Below are positions 62,392-64,000 of a DNA stretch of 64,000 nt, in pieces. Each line of letters begins with the position of its first letter. Position 1 is the first letter of the stretch. The notes below the pieces were generated by a model, which was not told where the DNA came from, ran no database searches, and worked only from the letters and a program-made list of their open reading frames with translations. The DNA lies in contig DF237138.1 in NCBI GenBank assembly GCA_000708835.1, forward strand, positions 1 through 64,000, written 5' to 3'. Source of the DNA: Klebsormidium nitens. Taxonomy: Eukaryota > Plantae > Klebsormidiophyceae. The position numbers were made by a program, and so were the translations under genes.

Positions 62392-64000
62392 CAAGAGCTG
62401 GGTTTGACCGGGTGGGTTAAGTTACTTTGTCTGGTCTTTGCATGAGTGACATCTGCGGAGTGGTCTGCGGGATGTTTCGAGACCTTTTGGGGATTTTGTC
62501 GATGCCATGTCGCGTTCGATCATCCCGGAAGGAAGGACACAAGGATCTGCGTTCTCGACATTAAATCCAGGCTTAACCGAGCAGGTCAAGTTTCTTTGTT
62601 CGGTCCTTGCAAGAGTCGAGTCCGCGGGGGCTTTGCGGGACGTCTTTTGGAGGGCATGTCTCGCTTCGCCCAATTGGATGAGGAGTTGGGTTTTCAGTAA
62701 AACCGGGCTCAACCGAGTGATTTGAGTTTCTTTCTTTAGTCCTTTCAAGGGAAGACCGCCGGGTGTTTCGCTGGATGCGCAGCTTAGGATTCTCGGGCGC
62801 TTTTCAGGGCATTTTGAGACACTGTTTTGAAGGGGACAATCGATGATGCAATCAGTGGTGCGTTTGCAGCCAGACGCAACGATTCTTTGGCCAATGGTTC
62901 TCGTGACAGGGAATGAAGACACTTCAATGACAAGCTTCTCGGTTTGGAAAGGAAAGGAGACGGATTTGTTCGATACGTCGCGCTCTCTTCCTTCTACAAA
63001 TGCAGCATTCGAGAGCCTGCATGTTTCAGTACACAGAGCGGATCCGCGAGATGGGTTTGGAAGCCTTTCCGTACCGCCTCGTACGGTTATTTCCGTACCA
63101 GATAGTTTCAAACAGTCCTGCTGACATCAGCGGACGTGCATCCGCTTAAAAAGCACATGAGTTCCGCCACATCCGGCTGATTCGGGCTACAGGACCCGGT
63201 AATCCGAATTCACGTGCCGTTCCATTCTGGCGCACTCACAGCCGACCTGTGTTTGATTTGCAGATGCTTCAAACAAAATGCCCTGCGTTGCGAGGGCGAT
63301 GACGATGACAGGCTATATGACGAGTTTGAGGAGTAGTAACACGGATTCGATTGCTCTGCCATATGTAGACAAATCTGAAGGTCTTGGCCCGCTCTAGTTG
63401 GGAGGTTTGTGACTTCTTTGCTGCTGAGCCCTGTAAAGACGTATATACTCGGCAGCTCTTTGTTGTGGGTCAAGGGATGGGGCTGAAGCTAAAATTTGTG
63501 GTATTGTGCGTCAGTCCCATAAACTTCTTGGTGATTGCTATGCCGTGCTCGATTGTTCAATAACATAGTTTCAGTGCTAGGTGTGTCGCGGGACCAGTCA
63601 GATAGGGTCTCTTGTGTGGGGCCTGCTGCTTTGTTTGGAGGAGAGTGTCATAAACTTCCAGCACAGGTCGAGCAAGTCGAGAAAGTCAAACACCTGAACG
63701 TGGTGACTTGTACCTCCAAAAAGAAGAAAATTTCAGAGACTATAGACTAAGATACTGATGACGGTTTCAAGAAATTAACTTATAACATTGATCGATGACA
63801 TATTTGGGATCTATTCAGTTTCGTTTGGCATTTTGCTCGTTCTCGAATTTGGAGGTTGGAGCAAAGTCGGCAAACCCGTCAATCTGTGTAATTACGAAGG
63901 AATGAGGACACCTCAAATCGACAAAGATGAGGTTTCTATGAGCCACCGTGCAAACTAGGTCTTACGTCAAGTAGTATGGTGGATGGCAATGGTTGACGTC

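Noticed and set aside
1-64000. CRISPR arrays, rRNA or tRNA genes
   Set aside because: None seen; the repeats present are tandem duplications, MITE TIRs or short palindromes.

Overview
Eukaryotic, intron-rich genomic DNA (GT-AG introns of about 0.2-2.5 kb). Gene content and intron style suggest a streptophyte alga such as Klebsormidium (inference). Seven spliced host genes were reconstructed by hand: F-box/WD40 (-), DUF3475+DUF668/PSI-like (+), DUF220/SRPBCC-like (-), sHSP/HSP20 (-), an uncharacterised 988-aa protein with three glycine-zipper-like modules (-), CutA (+) and a polycystin/PKD2-type TRP channel (+). There is one assembly gap and three MITEs. The most striking region is 1-4.6 kb. 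A spliced DDE transposase with the full Transib/RAG1-type motif series lies tail-to-tail, 90 bp apart, with a second gene showing a zinc-ribbon and a possible JmjC/2OG-Fe(II) double-stranded beta-helix signature. This is a ProtoRAG-like two-gene layout with a non-RAG2 partner; each gene carries one apparent inactivating lesion. A second recurring pattern is that introns throughout the window hold degenerate 'echo' copies of the neighbouring exon boundary, including the splice site. All motif assignments are by eye; no database searches were run.
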